From Methyloversatilis sp. (GTDB taxonomy: Bacteria; Pseudomonadota; Gammaproteobacteria; Burkholderiales; Rhodocyclaceae), in assembly GCF_030698125.1 (NCBI RefSeq), contig NZ_JAUYNV010000014.1, forward strand, positions 3,028 through 67,027: a DNA stretch of 64,000 nt, read 5' to 3'. Numbering within the stretch: the first letter of the stretch is position 1; every line of letters begins with the position of its first letter. The notes below the pieces were generated by a model, which was given only the letters and a program-made list of their open reading frames with translations, did not search any database and had not been told where the DNA came from. A program made the translations under genes and the position numbers. This document shows, piece after piece, positions 38,268 to 47,077 of the stretch.

Positions 38268-40022
38268 ATGAAAGGTTTGCGTACCACGACGCTGTCCGGC
38301 GTCCTGCTGTCTGCATTCGCCGCGCTGGCTGCGCCGCAAGTCATGGCCGGCGTCACCGACAAGGACATCGAAGCCGACGCCAAGACCACGACCAGCATCC
38401 TGTCGTGGGGCATGGGCACCGAAGGTCAGCGCTACAGCCCGCTCGACAAGATCAATGTGAAGAACGTCAAGAACCTGGTTCCGGCCTGGTCCTTCTCCTT
38501 CGGTGGTGAAAAGCAGCGCGGCCAGGAATCGCAGCCGCTGATCATCAACGGCAAGATGTACGTGACCGGCTCCTACTCGCGCCTGTACGCGCTGGACGCC
38601 AAGACCGGCACCAAGCTGTGGCAGTACGAACACCGCCTGCCGGACGGCATCATGCCGTGTTGCGACGTGGTGAATCGTGGCGCCGCCGCCTACGGCGACC
38701 TGGTCATCTTCAGCACGCTGGACGCACAACTCGTTGCGCTCGACCAGAACACCGGCAAGGTCGTGTGGAAGGAAAAGATCGACGACTATCAGGCCGGCTA
38801 CTCGAATACCGCCGCCCCGATCATCGCCAAGGGCCTGCTGCTGACTGGCGTGTCCGGTGGTGAATTCGGCGTCATCGGCCGCGTTGAGGCACGCGATCCG
38901 AAGACCGGCAAGCTGGTGTGGGTCCGCCCGACGGTCGAAGGCCACATGGGCTACAAGTACGACGCCGCAGGCAACAAGACGGAAAACGGCATCAGTGGCA
39001 CGCTGAACGCCACCTGGACCGGTGACCTGTGGAAGACCGGCGGCGCAGCCACCTGGCTGGGCGGCAGCTATGACGCGAAGACCGGCCTGGCTTACTTCGG
39101 GACCGGCAACCCTGCACCGTGGAACAGCCACCTGCGCCCCGGCGACAACCTGTTCTCGTGCTCGACCGTCGCCATCGATGTGACCACCGGTCAGATCAAG
39201 TGGCACTTCCAGGGCACGCCGAATGACGGCTGGGATTACGACGGTGTGAATGAATTCGTCACCTTCGACATGAACGGCAAGCGCATGGGTGGCAAGGCCG
39301 ACCGCAACGGCTTCTTCTACGTGCTGGATGCCAATACCGGCAAGTTCGAACGCGGCTTCCCGTTCGTGAACAAGATCACCTGGGCCAAGGGCCTGGACGC
39401 CGAAGGCAGGCCGATTTTCGACCCGGCCAACCGCCCCGGCGACCCGGCCAAGAGCGCTGACGGCAAGAAGGGCGAATCCGTGTTCGCGACACCGTCCTTC
39501 CTGGGCGGCAAGAACCAGATGCCGATGGCCTACAGCCCGGACACCGGCCTGTTCTACGTGCCGGCCAACGAGTGGGGCATGGAAATCTGGAACGAACCGA
39601 TCACCTACAAGAAGGGTGCGGCCTATCTGGGCGCCGGCTTCACGATCAAAACCATCGAGGACAAGTACATCGGCGCCCTGCGCGCGGTGGATCCGAAGAC
39701 CGGCAAGATCGTGTGGGAAGTCACCAACAACGCTCCGCTGTGGGGTGGTGTGATGACAACCAAGGGCGGGCTGGTGTTCTGGGGTACCCCGGAAGGCTTC
39801 CTGAAGGCAGCTGACGCGAAGACGGGCAAGGAAGTGTGGTCCTTCCAGACCGGCACCGGCGTCGTGGCCCCCCCGATCACGTGGGAGCAGGACGGCGAGC
39901 AGTACATCGGTGTTGCAACCGGCTGGGGTGGCGCAGTGCCGCTGTGGGGTGGCGACGTCGCCAAGAAGGTGAACTACCTGAATCAGGGTGGTTCGATGTG
40001 GGTGTTCAAGCTGCACAAGTAA
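38268..40022 (+). CDS. PQQ-dependent alcohol dehydrogenase, lanthanide-type signature (D-Y-D), PedH/ExaF-like
   Basis: 584 aa; GAGGAGG RBS; signal peptide. It has the Cys-Cys ring [10 protein letters not shown]. The active site is [12 protein letters not shown], with Asp323 and the extra Asp325 (codon 39240-39242) that coordinates Ln3+ in XoxF/PedH-type enzymes. Confidence 0.85.
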   Translation: MKGLRTTTLSGVLLSAFAALAAPQVMAGVTDKDIEADAKTTTSILSWGMGTEGQRYSPLDKINVKNVKNLVPAWSFSFGGEKQRGQESQPLIINGKMYVTGSYSRLYALDAKTGTKLWQYEHRLPDGIMPCCDVVNRGAAAYGDLVIFSTLDAQLVALDQNTGKVVWKEKIDDYQAGYSNTAAPIIAKGLLLTGVSGGEFGVIGRVEARDPKTGKLVWVRPTVEGHMGYKYDAAGNKTENGISGTLNATWTGDLWKTGGAATWLGGSYDAKTGLAYFGTGNPAPWNSHLRPGDNLFSCSTVAIDVTTGQIKWHFQGTPNDGWDYDGVNEFVTFDMNGKRMGGKADRNGFFYVLDANTGKFERGFPFVNKITWAKGLDAEGRPIFDPANRPGDPAKSADGKKGESVFATPSFLGGKNQMPMAYSPDTGLFYVPANEWGMEIWNEPITYKKGAAYLGAGFTIKTIEDKYIGALRAVDPKTGKIVWEVTNNAPLWGGVMTTKGGLVFWGTPEGFLKAADAKTGKEVWSFQTGTGVVAPPITWEQDGEQYIGVATGWGGAVPLWGGDVAKKVNYLNQGGSMWVFKLHK

Positions 40023-40127
40023 TTTGCAGAAAGGACCGATGCAGGCACGACGCTTGCATTGGTTCCTGTGCCGTGTCTGTTTCAGTGTTTTCAGGCACGG
40101 TATCTCTTCAGCAGGACATGGCTCTTG

Positions 40128-40155
40128 AGCCGGCTCACAAGGCCGGCTTTTTTTT
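40128..40155 (+). terminator. rho-independent terminator after the PQQ dehydrogenase gene
   Basis: AGCCGGC-N7-GCCGGCT followed by a run of T (8 T in total, counting the last stem base). Confidence 0.8.
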
Positions 40156-40183
40156 GCCCGTCATTTACAACCTGATCTGCCGG

Positions 40184-42154
40184 TCAGCCTTCCTTGAGCT
40201 TGCGGTAGAGCGTGGTGCGGCTGATGCCGAGTTCGCGTGCCGTCGCCGCGACGTTGCCATCATTGCGCGACAGCGACTCACGGATTGCGCGCAGTGTCAG
40301 GCTGTCGAGATCGCAGGGTGCCCCACCACCGCCCGCCGCGCCTTCTGCTGCCAGCCCATTGCCGGCAGGCTGATGATCCAGTTCGTCGATGAAGTCATCC
40401 GGAAGGTGCGGCCGGCCGATCACGCCATCGTCCGCCGCCATGACGCCTGCGGTGCGCAGCAGGTTGGCCAGCTGGCGCATGTTGCCCGGCCAGGGATGGC
40501 GTTCGAACAGCGCGAGCACCTCGTCGTCGATGCTCAGGCCGCGCGGAATCGACGATTCACTGTCGAGTATGCGCTGCACCAGCGCGCGCAGGTCACTGCG
40601 TTCGCGCAGCGGCGGCAGCATGACGGTCAGCCCGTTGAGCCGGTAGTAAAGGTCGGCGCGGAACATGCCCTGGGCGACCAGATCACGCAGCTTGCGGTGG
40701 GTGGCGCAGATGATCGACAGGTCGACCGGTGAGGCGCGGCCGCTGCCCAGCGGTACCACGTTGCGTTCCTGCAGCACGCGTAGCAGGCGCGCCTGCAGCG
40801 CCAGCGGCATGTCGCCGATTTCATCAAGAAACAGTGTGCCGCCATCGGCCTGCATGATGCGGCCGGCGTAGCCCTTGCGCCGGGCGCCCGTGAAGGCGCC
40901 ATCTTCGTAGCCGAACAGTTCCGATTCGATCAGACCATCCGGAATCGCCGCACAGTTGACCGCCACAAAGTTGTGGTCGCGACGCGGGCCTTCGTCGTGG
41001 ATGGCGCGCGCCAGCAGCTCCTTGCCGGTACCGGTCTCGCCCTGGATGAGCACCGGAATGTCGCGGCCGAGCACGCGCTTCACCTTTTCCACAACGGCAT
41101 TCATCTGCGCGTCACCGGTGCTCAGGCGCTCCAGGCCGCAATCCGGGTCGGCCGGCGGCCGCAGCGAAGTCCCTGTCGATGCGTCATGGCGAGAAACATC
41201 CATGCTGAAAACACGGGCTGGCGGGCGTGCTAGCACGCCCGGCCGCGGCCGGCCGAACAGTGTTCGGCCGCCGAACAGGCGCAATTCAATGATGTCCGTG
41301 CCGCGCATCAGCGGGTCGTACAGCGCGCTCAGCGACTTGTCGAACATCGACGAAAAGCTGTGGTTCATCAGTTCGGCATGGCTGCGGCCGATCAGCCGGC
41401 AGGCGCTGCGGTTGGCAGACAGCACGCGGCCCTCCTGGTCGAACGCAAGCAGCGCCTCGAATACCGTGCCGATCAGTTCGTGCTGGACGTGGCAGTGCAG
41501 CAGGAAGCCTTCCGGAAAGGCATGCGCAAACAACTGGTTCTCGATCGTCTGAACAGCCAGATTGATCAGCGCCAGACTGTGGTGCGACGGCGTGCGCGAA
41601 TCGCCGGTCACGTCGAGCACGCCCAGCATGCGGCTGCACGGATCGAAGATCGGAGATGCCGAACAGCTCAGGAAGTGGTTGGCGGAAAAGAAATGCTGCG
41701 AGCCATGCACCGATACCGGCGCCTGTTCGACCAGCGCAGTGCCGATGGCATTGGTGCCCTTGCTTTCTTCCGACCACTCGACGCCCGGCGACAGCGCGAC
41801 TTTCGACGCGCGGTCCAGAAAGCTCTGGTCGCCGACCGAATGAATGATGAAGCCGGAGGCGTTGGTCAGCACGATCATGCTGCCGGAGCGGGCGATCTGC
41901 GCATACAGGCCGTTCATCACGGGGGCCGCGTGCTTGAGCAGACATTCGTTGCGCTCACGCTCGGTCAGCAGGACGTCGCGTCGTGCACGCTCCACTTCCT
42001 TGCTGCAACTGTCGGCGTCGAGGCCGCGACTGATGCAGCGGCTCCACGACGTTTCGATCAGTGTCGGTAGCACGCCAGCGGGCACTTCGCCTTCGCTGCG
42101 CATGATTTCGTGGGCCTGCGCACTGCGCACGCCGTCAGGCGTTGTCAAATCCAT
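40184..42154 (-). CDS. sigma-54-dependent transcriptional activator, AcoR-like (N-terminal sensory/GAF-like domain, AAA+, Fis HTH)
   Basis: ATG 42154 has a GGAGGA RBS (the track starts at GTG 42178). It has Walker A GETGTGKE, the sigma-54 contact loop GAFTGA (YEDGAFTGARRKG), and the C-terminal HTH GNVAATARELGISRTTLYRKLKE. Confidence 0.85.
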   Translation of the reverse strand: MDLTTPDGVRSAQAHEIMRSEGEVPAGVLPTLIETSWSRCISRGLDADSCSKEVERARRDVLLTERERNECLLKHAAPVMNGLYAQIARSGSMIVLTNASGFIIHSVGDQSFLDRASKVALSPGVEWSEESKGTNAIGTALVEQAPVSVHGSQHFFSANHFLSCSASPIFDPCSRMLGVLDVTGDSRTPSHHSLALINLAVQTIENQLFAHAFPEGFLLHCHVQHELIGTVFEALLAFDQEGRVLSANRSACRLIGRSHAELMNHSFSSMFDKSLSALYDPLMRGTDIIELRLFGGRTLFGRPRPGVLARPPARVFSMDVSRHDASTGTSLRPPADPDCGLERLSTGDAQMNAVVEKVKRVLGRDIPVLIQGETGTGKELLARAIHDEGPRRDHNFVAVNCAAIPDGLIESELFGYEDGAFTGARRKGYAGRIMQADGGTLFLDEIGDMPLALQARLLRVLQERNVVPLGSGRASPVDLSIICATHRKLRDLVAQGMFRADLYYRLNGLTVMLPPLRERSDLRALVQRILDSESSIPRGLSIDDEVLALFERHPWPGNMRQLANLLRTAGVMAADDGVIGRPHLPDDFIDELDHQPAGNGLAAEGAAGGGGAPCDLDSLTLRAIRESLSRNDGNVAATARELGISRTTLYRKLKEG

Positions 42155-42411
42155 GCTCTCCTCCGAACCTTGAACCACGCGCGATGGCCGGTGATGCCGA
42201 CTCTGGCGTGTGACGCGACGGGCGACTGATAGTGCCCTGCAAACTGTTCATGGCAGATAGTAAGGCCTGAAGCACCGCCGCACCTAGGGCGCACGCGCAT
42301 CCTCACTCCTGAGGCATCATGGCGACCGGCTGTATGCGCACCTGCCTTGCCGCGCGTTGTTTTCGGTGCGGCACGAGGGTGTTGCCGCTCGGCACGTACT
42401 CGAGTTTAACG

Positions 42412-42427
42412 TGGCACGCATCCTGCT
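42412..42427 (+). promoter_or_regulatory. sigma-54 (-24/-12) promoter of the cytochrome c550 gene
   Basis: TGGCACG-CATC-CTGCT, a close match to TGGCACG-N4-TTGCW, 54 nt before ATG 42481. Confidence 0.65.
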
Positions 42428-42480
42428 AACGGGCTGGGGCCGCATATTGTGTTGCAGTAACGGATATTTACGGAGGAGTG

Positions 42481-42921
42481 ATGAAAGCAGGTAACCGGAT
42501 TTTGAAGGCAACGCTGGTCTGTACCGCGTTGATTACGTTGGGCGCGGCGACCACGTTGCGCGTCGAGGCACACGGCGACGTCGTGCCCCAGGCAGTCGAC
42601 GTCAGCGGGCTCAAGCCGCTCGGCGCGGAATGGATGAAGGAAAACCCTTATCGTGGCGACAAGGAAGCCATCCGCATCGGCACCTCGGCCTACAACCAGA
42701 ATTGTGCGCGCTGCCACGGGCTGGAAGCCATCAGCGGCGGTATCGCGCCGGATCTCCGGATGCTGCCGCTCGACGCCGAAAGCGACGACTACTTCATCAA
42801 CACGGTCCGCCGCGGACGCGTGCGCAACGGTGCGGTTTACATGCCGCCGTTCGAAGGCACGATGGCGCAGGAAGCCATGTGGGCCATCCGCAGCTATCTC
42901 GATACGCGCTACGAACCGTGA
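42481..42921 (+). CDS. pedF: cytochrome c550 of quinoprotein alcohol dehydrogenases (PedF/ExaB-like), paralogue 2
   Basis: 146 aa from ATG 42481 (GGAGG RBS), or GTG 42478. Signal peptide, a single CARCHG haem site, and the C-terminus MPPFEGTMAQEAMWAIRSYLDTR. Confidence 0.8.
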   Translation: MKAGNRILKATLVCTALITLGAATTLRVEAHGDVVPQAVDVSGLKPLGAEWMKENPYRGDKEAIRIGTSAYNQNCARCHGLEAISGGIAPDLRMLPLDAESDDYFINTVRRGRVRNGAVYMPPFEGTMAQEAMWAIRSYLDTRYEP

Positions 42922-42952
42922 GCGCCGCCGCGGTGCTTTTTGCGCCGCAACT

Positions 42953-42983
42953 GTCCAGATGTCCAGAATCTGGACATCTGGAC
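42953..42983. repeat. 31-bp perfect palindrome built from four 8-bp units (TGTCCAGA x2, then TCTGGAC(A/G) x2)
   Basis: GTCCAGATGTCCAGA-A-TCTGGACATCTGGAC: 15-bp perfect arms around one central base. It lies 31 nt after the pedF-like stop and about 160-190 nt before aorA. No T run follows. Confidence 0.9.
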
Positions 42984-43144
42984 GCATTGAACACACTCGC
43001 CGCACTCAAACCCCCGTGCTGACCCGCCGAAAGGCCTCCCGCGGGGAAAATCCGGGCGCTAAAATATGAAGCGGTTTTCATAGCCGGCGCACCGTGCGTC
43101 GAACCACACAGTGATACGCCCAGAATGTGGAGGAGCGACTGAAC

Positions 43145-43615
43145 ATGCAGAAATCACTACATATTGACCCCTCGAAATGCACGAGCTGCCTGCAGTGCGA
43201 AATGGCCTGCTCGTTCGAGAACTACGGGGTCTTCAATAATTCGCTGTCGCGCATCAAGGTGTTCGAGTTTCACCACACCGGCGCCAAGGTGCCGTACACC
43301 TGTACTCAGTGCGACGAAGCCTGGTGCATGCATGCCTGTCCGGTCGAGGCGATCAAGCTCGACAAGACCAATGGCGCCAAGGTGGTGCTCGAAGATGTCT
43401 GCGTTGGCTGCAAGGTTTGCACGATTGCCTGTCCGTTCGGCACGGTGAATTACGTCGCCGAAACCGGCAAGGTCCAGAAGTGCGACCTGTGCGGTGGCGA
43501 CCCGGCCTGTGCCGAAGCTTGTCCGACGGGTGCCATCACGTATGTCGATGCCAACTGGACCGGGCTGGAGCGCATGCGCCAGTGGGCCGACAAGCTCGGC
43601 AACCCGTCTGCCTGA
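43145..43615 (+). CDS. aorA: 4x[4Fe-4S] ferredoxin-like electron-transfer subunit of aldehyde oxidoreductase
   Basis: ATG 43145 with a GGAGGA RBS. Four Cys clusters: CTSCLQCEMAC, CTQCDEAWCMHAC, CVGCKVCTIAC and CDLCGGDPACAEAC. Confidence 0.8.
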   Translation: MQKSLHIDPSKCTSCLQCEMACSFENYGVFNNSLSRIKVFEFHHTGAKVPYTCTQCDEAWCMHACPVEAIKLDKTNGAKVVLEDVCVGCKVCTIACPFGTVNYVAETGKVQKCDLCGGDPACAEACPTGAITYVDANWTGLERMRQWADKLGNPSA

Positions 43616-43635
43616 CCACCGAAAGGGATACCGAC

Positions 43636-45483
43636 ATGGCATGGACACGTAAAATTCTCCGCGTAAATCTGACCGACCGCACCTGTACGAGCGAGCCGCT
43701 CAACATGGAGTGGGCGCACGACTATCTGGGTCAGCGCGGTCTGGCGACGAAGTACCTGGCGTCGGAAATCGATCCGAAGGTCGATCCGCTGTCGCCGGAC
43801 AACAAGATCATCTGGGCGACCGGCCCGCTGACCGGCACGATGGCCTCCACAGGCGGCCGCTATTCGGTCGTCACCAAGGGCCCGCTGACCGGCGCCATCG
43901 CCTGTTCGAACTCCGGCGGCTACTTCGGCGCCGAATTGAAGTTCGCCGGCTGGGACATGGTGATCATCGAAGGCCGTGCGTCGAGCCCGGTCTATCTGTC
44001 GATCGAGAACGACAAGGTCGAACTGCGCGATGCCTCCCATCTGTGGGGCAAGACCGTGTGGGAAACCGAAGGTCAGATCAAGTCGGAACATCAGGATCCG
44101 CAGGTCCGTGTGTCCTGTATCGGCCGCACCGGCGAAAACGGCGTGCTGTACGCCGCCATCGTCAATGACCTGCACCGCGCAGCCGGCCGTTCCGGCGTCG
44201 GTGCCGTCGCCGGCTCGAAGAACCTGAAAGCGATTGCGGTACGCGGCACGCTGGGTGTTGGCAACATCGCCAATCCGAAGGAGTTCATGAAGGTTACCTT
44301 CGAGAAGAAGAAGATCCTCAAGGAGAACGCGGTTACCGGTCAGGGCCTGCCGACCTACGGCACGCAGGTGCTGATGAACGTGATCAACGAAATCGGTGCC
44401 ATGCCGACGCGCAACCACAAGGATGTGCAGTTCGAAGGCGCGCGCAAGATTTCGGCCGAGGCGATGCACGAGCCGCGCGAAAGCGATGGCAAGGCGCAAC
44501 TGATCAACAACCAGGCCTGCTTTGGCTGCACCATCGCCTGTGGTCGCATCTCCAAGATCGACGCCACGCACTACACCGTGGTCAACAGCCCGAAGTACTG
44601 GGGTGCATCGGGCGGTCTGGAATACGAAGCGGCCTGGGCGCTTGGCTGTGCCAATGGCGTCGATGACCTGGATGCGCTTCAGTACGCGACCATGCTCTGC
44701 AACGAAGACGGCTTCGACCCGATTTCCTTCGGCGCCACCATCGGTGCGGTGATGGAACTGTATGAAATGGGCGTGCTGACGAAGGAAGAAGTCGGCATCG
44801 AAGCGCCTTTCGGTTCTGCCAGGGCGCTGACCTATCTGACCGAAATCACTGCCCGCGGCGAAGGCTTCGGCAAGATCATCGGCCTCGGTTCGAAGCGTTT
44901 GTGCGAGAAGTACGGTCATCCCGAACTGTCGATGTCGGTCAAGGGCCAAGAATTCCCGGCCTACGATGCGCGCGCCGTGCAGGGCATGGGCCTGACCTAT
45001 GCGACGTCGAACCGCGGCGCCTGTCACCTGCGTTCTTATACGATTTCGTCCGAAGTGCTGGGCATTCCGGTCAAGACCGATCCGCTGACGACCGAAGGCA
45101 AGCCGGCGTTGGTCAAGGCCTTCCAGGACGCGACAGCGGTGGTCGATTCGACTGGCCTGTGCGTGTTCACGACCTTTGCCTGGGCGCTGTCCGACATCCA
45201 GCCGCAACTGCAGGCGGCGTGCGAAGGCGATTGGTCGATGGAAAAGCTGGACCTGATGGGCGAACGCATCTGGAACATGGAGCGACAGTTCAACAACGCG
45301 GCCGGTTTCACGCGCAAGGACGACGATCTGCCGGCCCGCCTGAAGACGGAAGCGGCCAAGGTCGGTCCGGCCAAAGGTCTGGTTTCAGGTATCGACAAGA
45401 TGATTCCCGAGTACTACGACCTGCGCGGCTGGGACCCGGAAGGTCGCCCGACCGCCGAAACCGTCGCCCGCCTGGGCCTCTGA
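43636..45483 (+). CDS. aorB: aldehyde:ferredoxin oxidoreductase family (tungsten-pterin) catalytic subunit
   Basis: ATG 43636 (MAWTRKILRVNLTDRTCTSEPL...). There is strong collinear similarity to archaeal AOR as I recall it (LGQRGLATKYL, DPLSPDNKIIWATGPLTG, GGRYSVVTKGPLTG, NSGGYFGAELKFAGWD, GRSGVGAVAGSKNLKAIAV). It also has the 4Fe-4S motif CFGCTIAC and YATSNRGACHLRSY. Confidence 0.9.
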   Translation: MAWTRKILRVNLTDRTCTSEPLNMEWAHDYLGQRGLATKYLASEIDPKVDPLSPDNKIIWATGPLTGTMASTGGRYSVVTKGPLTGAIACSNSGGYFGAELKFAGWDMVIIEGRASSPVYLSIENDKVELRDASHLWGKTVWETEGQIKSEHQDPQVRVSCIGRTGENGVLYAAIVNDLHRAAGRSGVGAVAGSKNLKAIAVRGTLGVGNIANPKEFMKVTFEKKKILKENAVTGQGLPTYGTQVLMNVINEIGAMPTRNHKDVQFEGARKISAEAMHEPRESDGKAQLINNQACFGCTIACGRISKIDATHYTVVNSPKYWGASGGLEYEAAWALGCANGVDDLDALQYATMLCNEDGFDPISFGATIGAVMELYEMGVLTKEEVGIEAPFGSARALTYLTEITARGEGFGKIIGLGSKRLCEKYGHPELSMSVKGQEFPAYDARAVQGMGLTYATSNRGACHLRSYTISSEVLGIPVKTDPLTTEGKPALVKAFQDATAVVDSTGLCVFTTFAWALSDIQPQLQAACEGDWSMEKLDLMGERIWNMERQFNNAAGFTRKDDDLPARLKTEAAKVGPAKGLVSGIDKMIPEYYDLRGWDPEGRPTAETVARLGL

Positions 45484-45546
45484 TCGGGTTTTACCCCTGA
45501 CCTCGCCGCGCCCTTCGGGGCGCGGCGCATTTCGACAGGAACAAAC

Positions 45547-46818
45547 ATGAAACACGTCATCATCGGCAACGGTCCGGCCGGAGTGGTCGCCGCCGAGGCG
45601 CTGCGCCGCGCGGACGCATCGGCCGACATCGTCATGATCGGCGATGAGCCGGAGCGGCCGTATTCGCGCATGGCCATTCCCTATCTGCTGGTCGGTAATA
45701 TCGAAGAGAAGGGCACTTGGCTGCGCAAGACGGACCGCCACTTCGAGTCGCTGCGCATTCGCGAAGTGCTCGGACGCGCGAAATCGGTCGACACCACCGG
45801 CCGCACGGTCCATCTCGAAGACGGCACCGCACTGCAGTACGACAGGCTGCTGATCTGCACCGGGTCACACCCGCTGCGCCTGCCGGTACCTGGCATCGAT
45901 TCGCCGAATGTTCACAGCTGCTGGACGCTTGAAGATGCGCGCCACATCGCCGCCAAGGCAAAGAAGGGCGCCCGGGTGCTGCAGATCGGCGCCGGCTTCA
46001 TCGGCTGCATCATCATGGAAGCGCTTGCCTCGCGTGGCGTCAAGCTCGACATCGTCGAAATGGGCGACCGCATGGTGCCGCGCATGATGACGTCCAAGGC
46101 CGGCAGCATGATCGCGCGCTGGGTCGAACAGAAGGGTGTGACCGTCCATACGAATGCGCGTGTCACGGCGATCCGTCAGGACGGCGATGCCCTGGTCGCT
46201 ACGCTGGGTGACGGCAAGGAAGTGGTGGCCGACCTGATCATCGCGGCCGCCGGCGTCAAGCCCAATACCGCCTTCCTCGAAGGCAGCGGCGTCGCCTGCG
46301 CGACCGGCATCCTGATCGACGAACGCTGCGAAACCAATGTGCCGGGTGTGTTCGCGGCGGGGGACGTGGCCGAAGCGATCGATTTTTCGACCGGCGAACG
46401 CCTGGTCAACGCCATCCAGCCGAACGCGGTCGATCAGGGCCGTGTCGCCGCCATGAACATGGCCGGCCGCAGCTCGCGCTCGCAGGGCACCATGGCGATC
46501 AACGTGCTCGACACGCTGGGCCTGATTTCAGCGTCCTTCGGTCAGTGGTGGGGCGCCGACGGTGGGGATGCGGTCGAAATGATCGACGACAAGCGCTTCC
46601 GTTACATCAGCCTGCAGTTCAAGGAAGACGTGCTGGTCGGCGCGACCTCGATCGGCCTGACCGACCACGTCGGTGTGCTGCGCGGCCTGATCCAGACGCG
46701 TACGCCGCTCGGTACCTGGAAGGAACGCCTGATGCAGGACCCGCTGCGCGTCATGGAAGCCTATCTGTCGAGCGCCCAGGCGCAGAGCGCTGCGCCGATC
46801 GCCGGGGTTGCGCACTGA
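45547..46818 (+). CDS. aorC: FAD-dependent pyridine-nucleotide-disulfide-type oxidoreductase subunit
   Basis: 423 aa with two Rossmann motifs (VIIGNGPAGVVAAEAL; VLQIGAGFIGCIIMEAL). Its position is immediately after aorB, as in the described AorABC enzyme of Aromatoleum aromaticum. Confidence 0.75.
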   Translation: MKHVIIGNGPAGVVAAEALRRADASADIVMIGDEPERPYSRMAIPYLLVGNIEEKGTWLRKTDRHFESLRIREVLGRAKSVDTTGRTVHLEDGTALQYDRLLICTGSHPLRLPVPGIDSPNVHSCWTLEDARHIAAKAKKGARVLQIGAGFIGCIIMEALASRGVKLDIVEMGDRMVPRMMTSKAGSMIARWVEQKGVTVHTNARVTAIRQDGDALVATLGDGKEVVADLIIAAAGVKPNTAFLEGSGVACATGILIDERCETNVPGVFAAGDVAEAIDFSTGERLVNAIQPNAVDQGRVAAMNMAGRSSRSQGTMAINVLDTLGLISASFGQWWGADGGDAVEMIDDKRFRYISLQFKEDVLVGATSIGLTDHVGVLRGLIQTRTPLGTWKERLMQDPLRVMEAYLSSAQAQSAAPIAGVAH

Positions 46819-46820
46819 CG

Positions 46821-47075
46821 ATGCGGGTGACGCTGAAGCTCTATGCCTCGTTGTCGGACCATCTGCCGGACGAGGCGAAGCGCACCAACGAGTGGCCGAT
46901 GGAGGTCGCCGACGGCACCACCGTCGGCGACCTCATCGATCGCCATCAGCTGCCCAAGCGCCTGGTCCATCTGGTGCTGGTGAATGGCCACTACATTCCG
47001 CCGGCCAGCCGCGACGCGCATCCGCTGGTCGAAAATGACGTGCTGGCCATCTGGCCGCCGGTGGCTGGCGGGTGA
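46821..47075 (+). CDS. aorD: MoaD/ThiS-like beta-grasp sulfur-carrier protein ending in Gly-Gly
   Basis: 84 aa: MRVTLKLYASLSDHLPDE...VLVNGHYIP...NDVLAIWPPVAGG-stop. Confidence 0.75.
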   Translation: MRVTLKLYASLSDHLPDEAKRTNEWPMEVADGTTVGDLIDRHQLPKRLVHLVLVNGHYIPPASRDAHPLVENDVLAIWPPVAGG

Positions 47076-47077
47076 GC

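Noticed and set aside
38214-40016. 600-aa ORF on the minus strand.
   Set aside because: Antisense to the well-supported PQQ dehydrogenase gene. It has a low-complexity Arg/Gly/Ala/His composition. The same reasoning rejects 6662-8455(-), 13158-15197(-), 18723-20213(+), 22284-23987(+), 34504-36051(+), 43450-45207(-), 56628-57941(-), 59913-61343(-) and similar long shadow ORFs.
42922-43144. Sigma-54 promoter for aorA.
   Set aside because: The candidates (CGGTGCTTTTTGCG at 42931 and CGGCGCACCGTGCG at 43085) have the GG/GC spacing off by two. No acceptable -24/-12 element was found.
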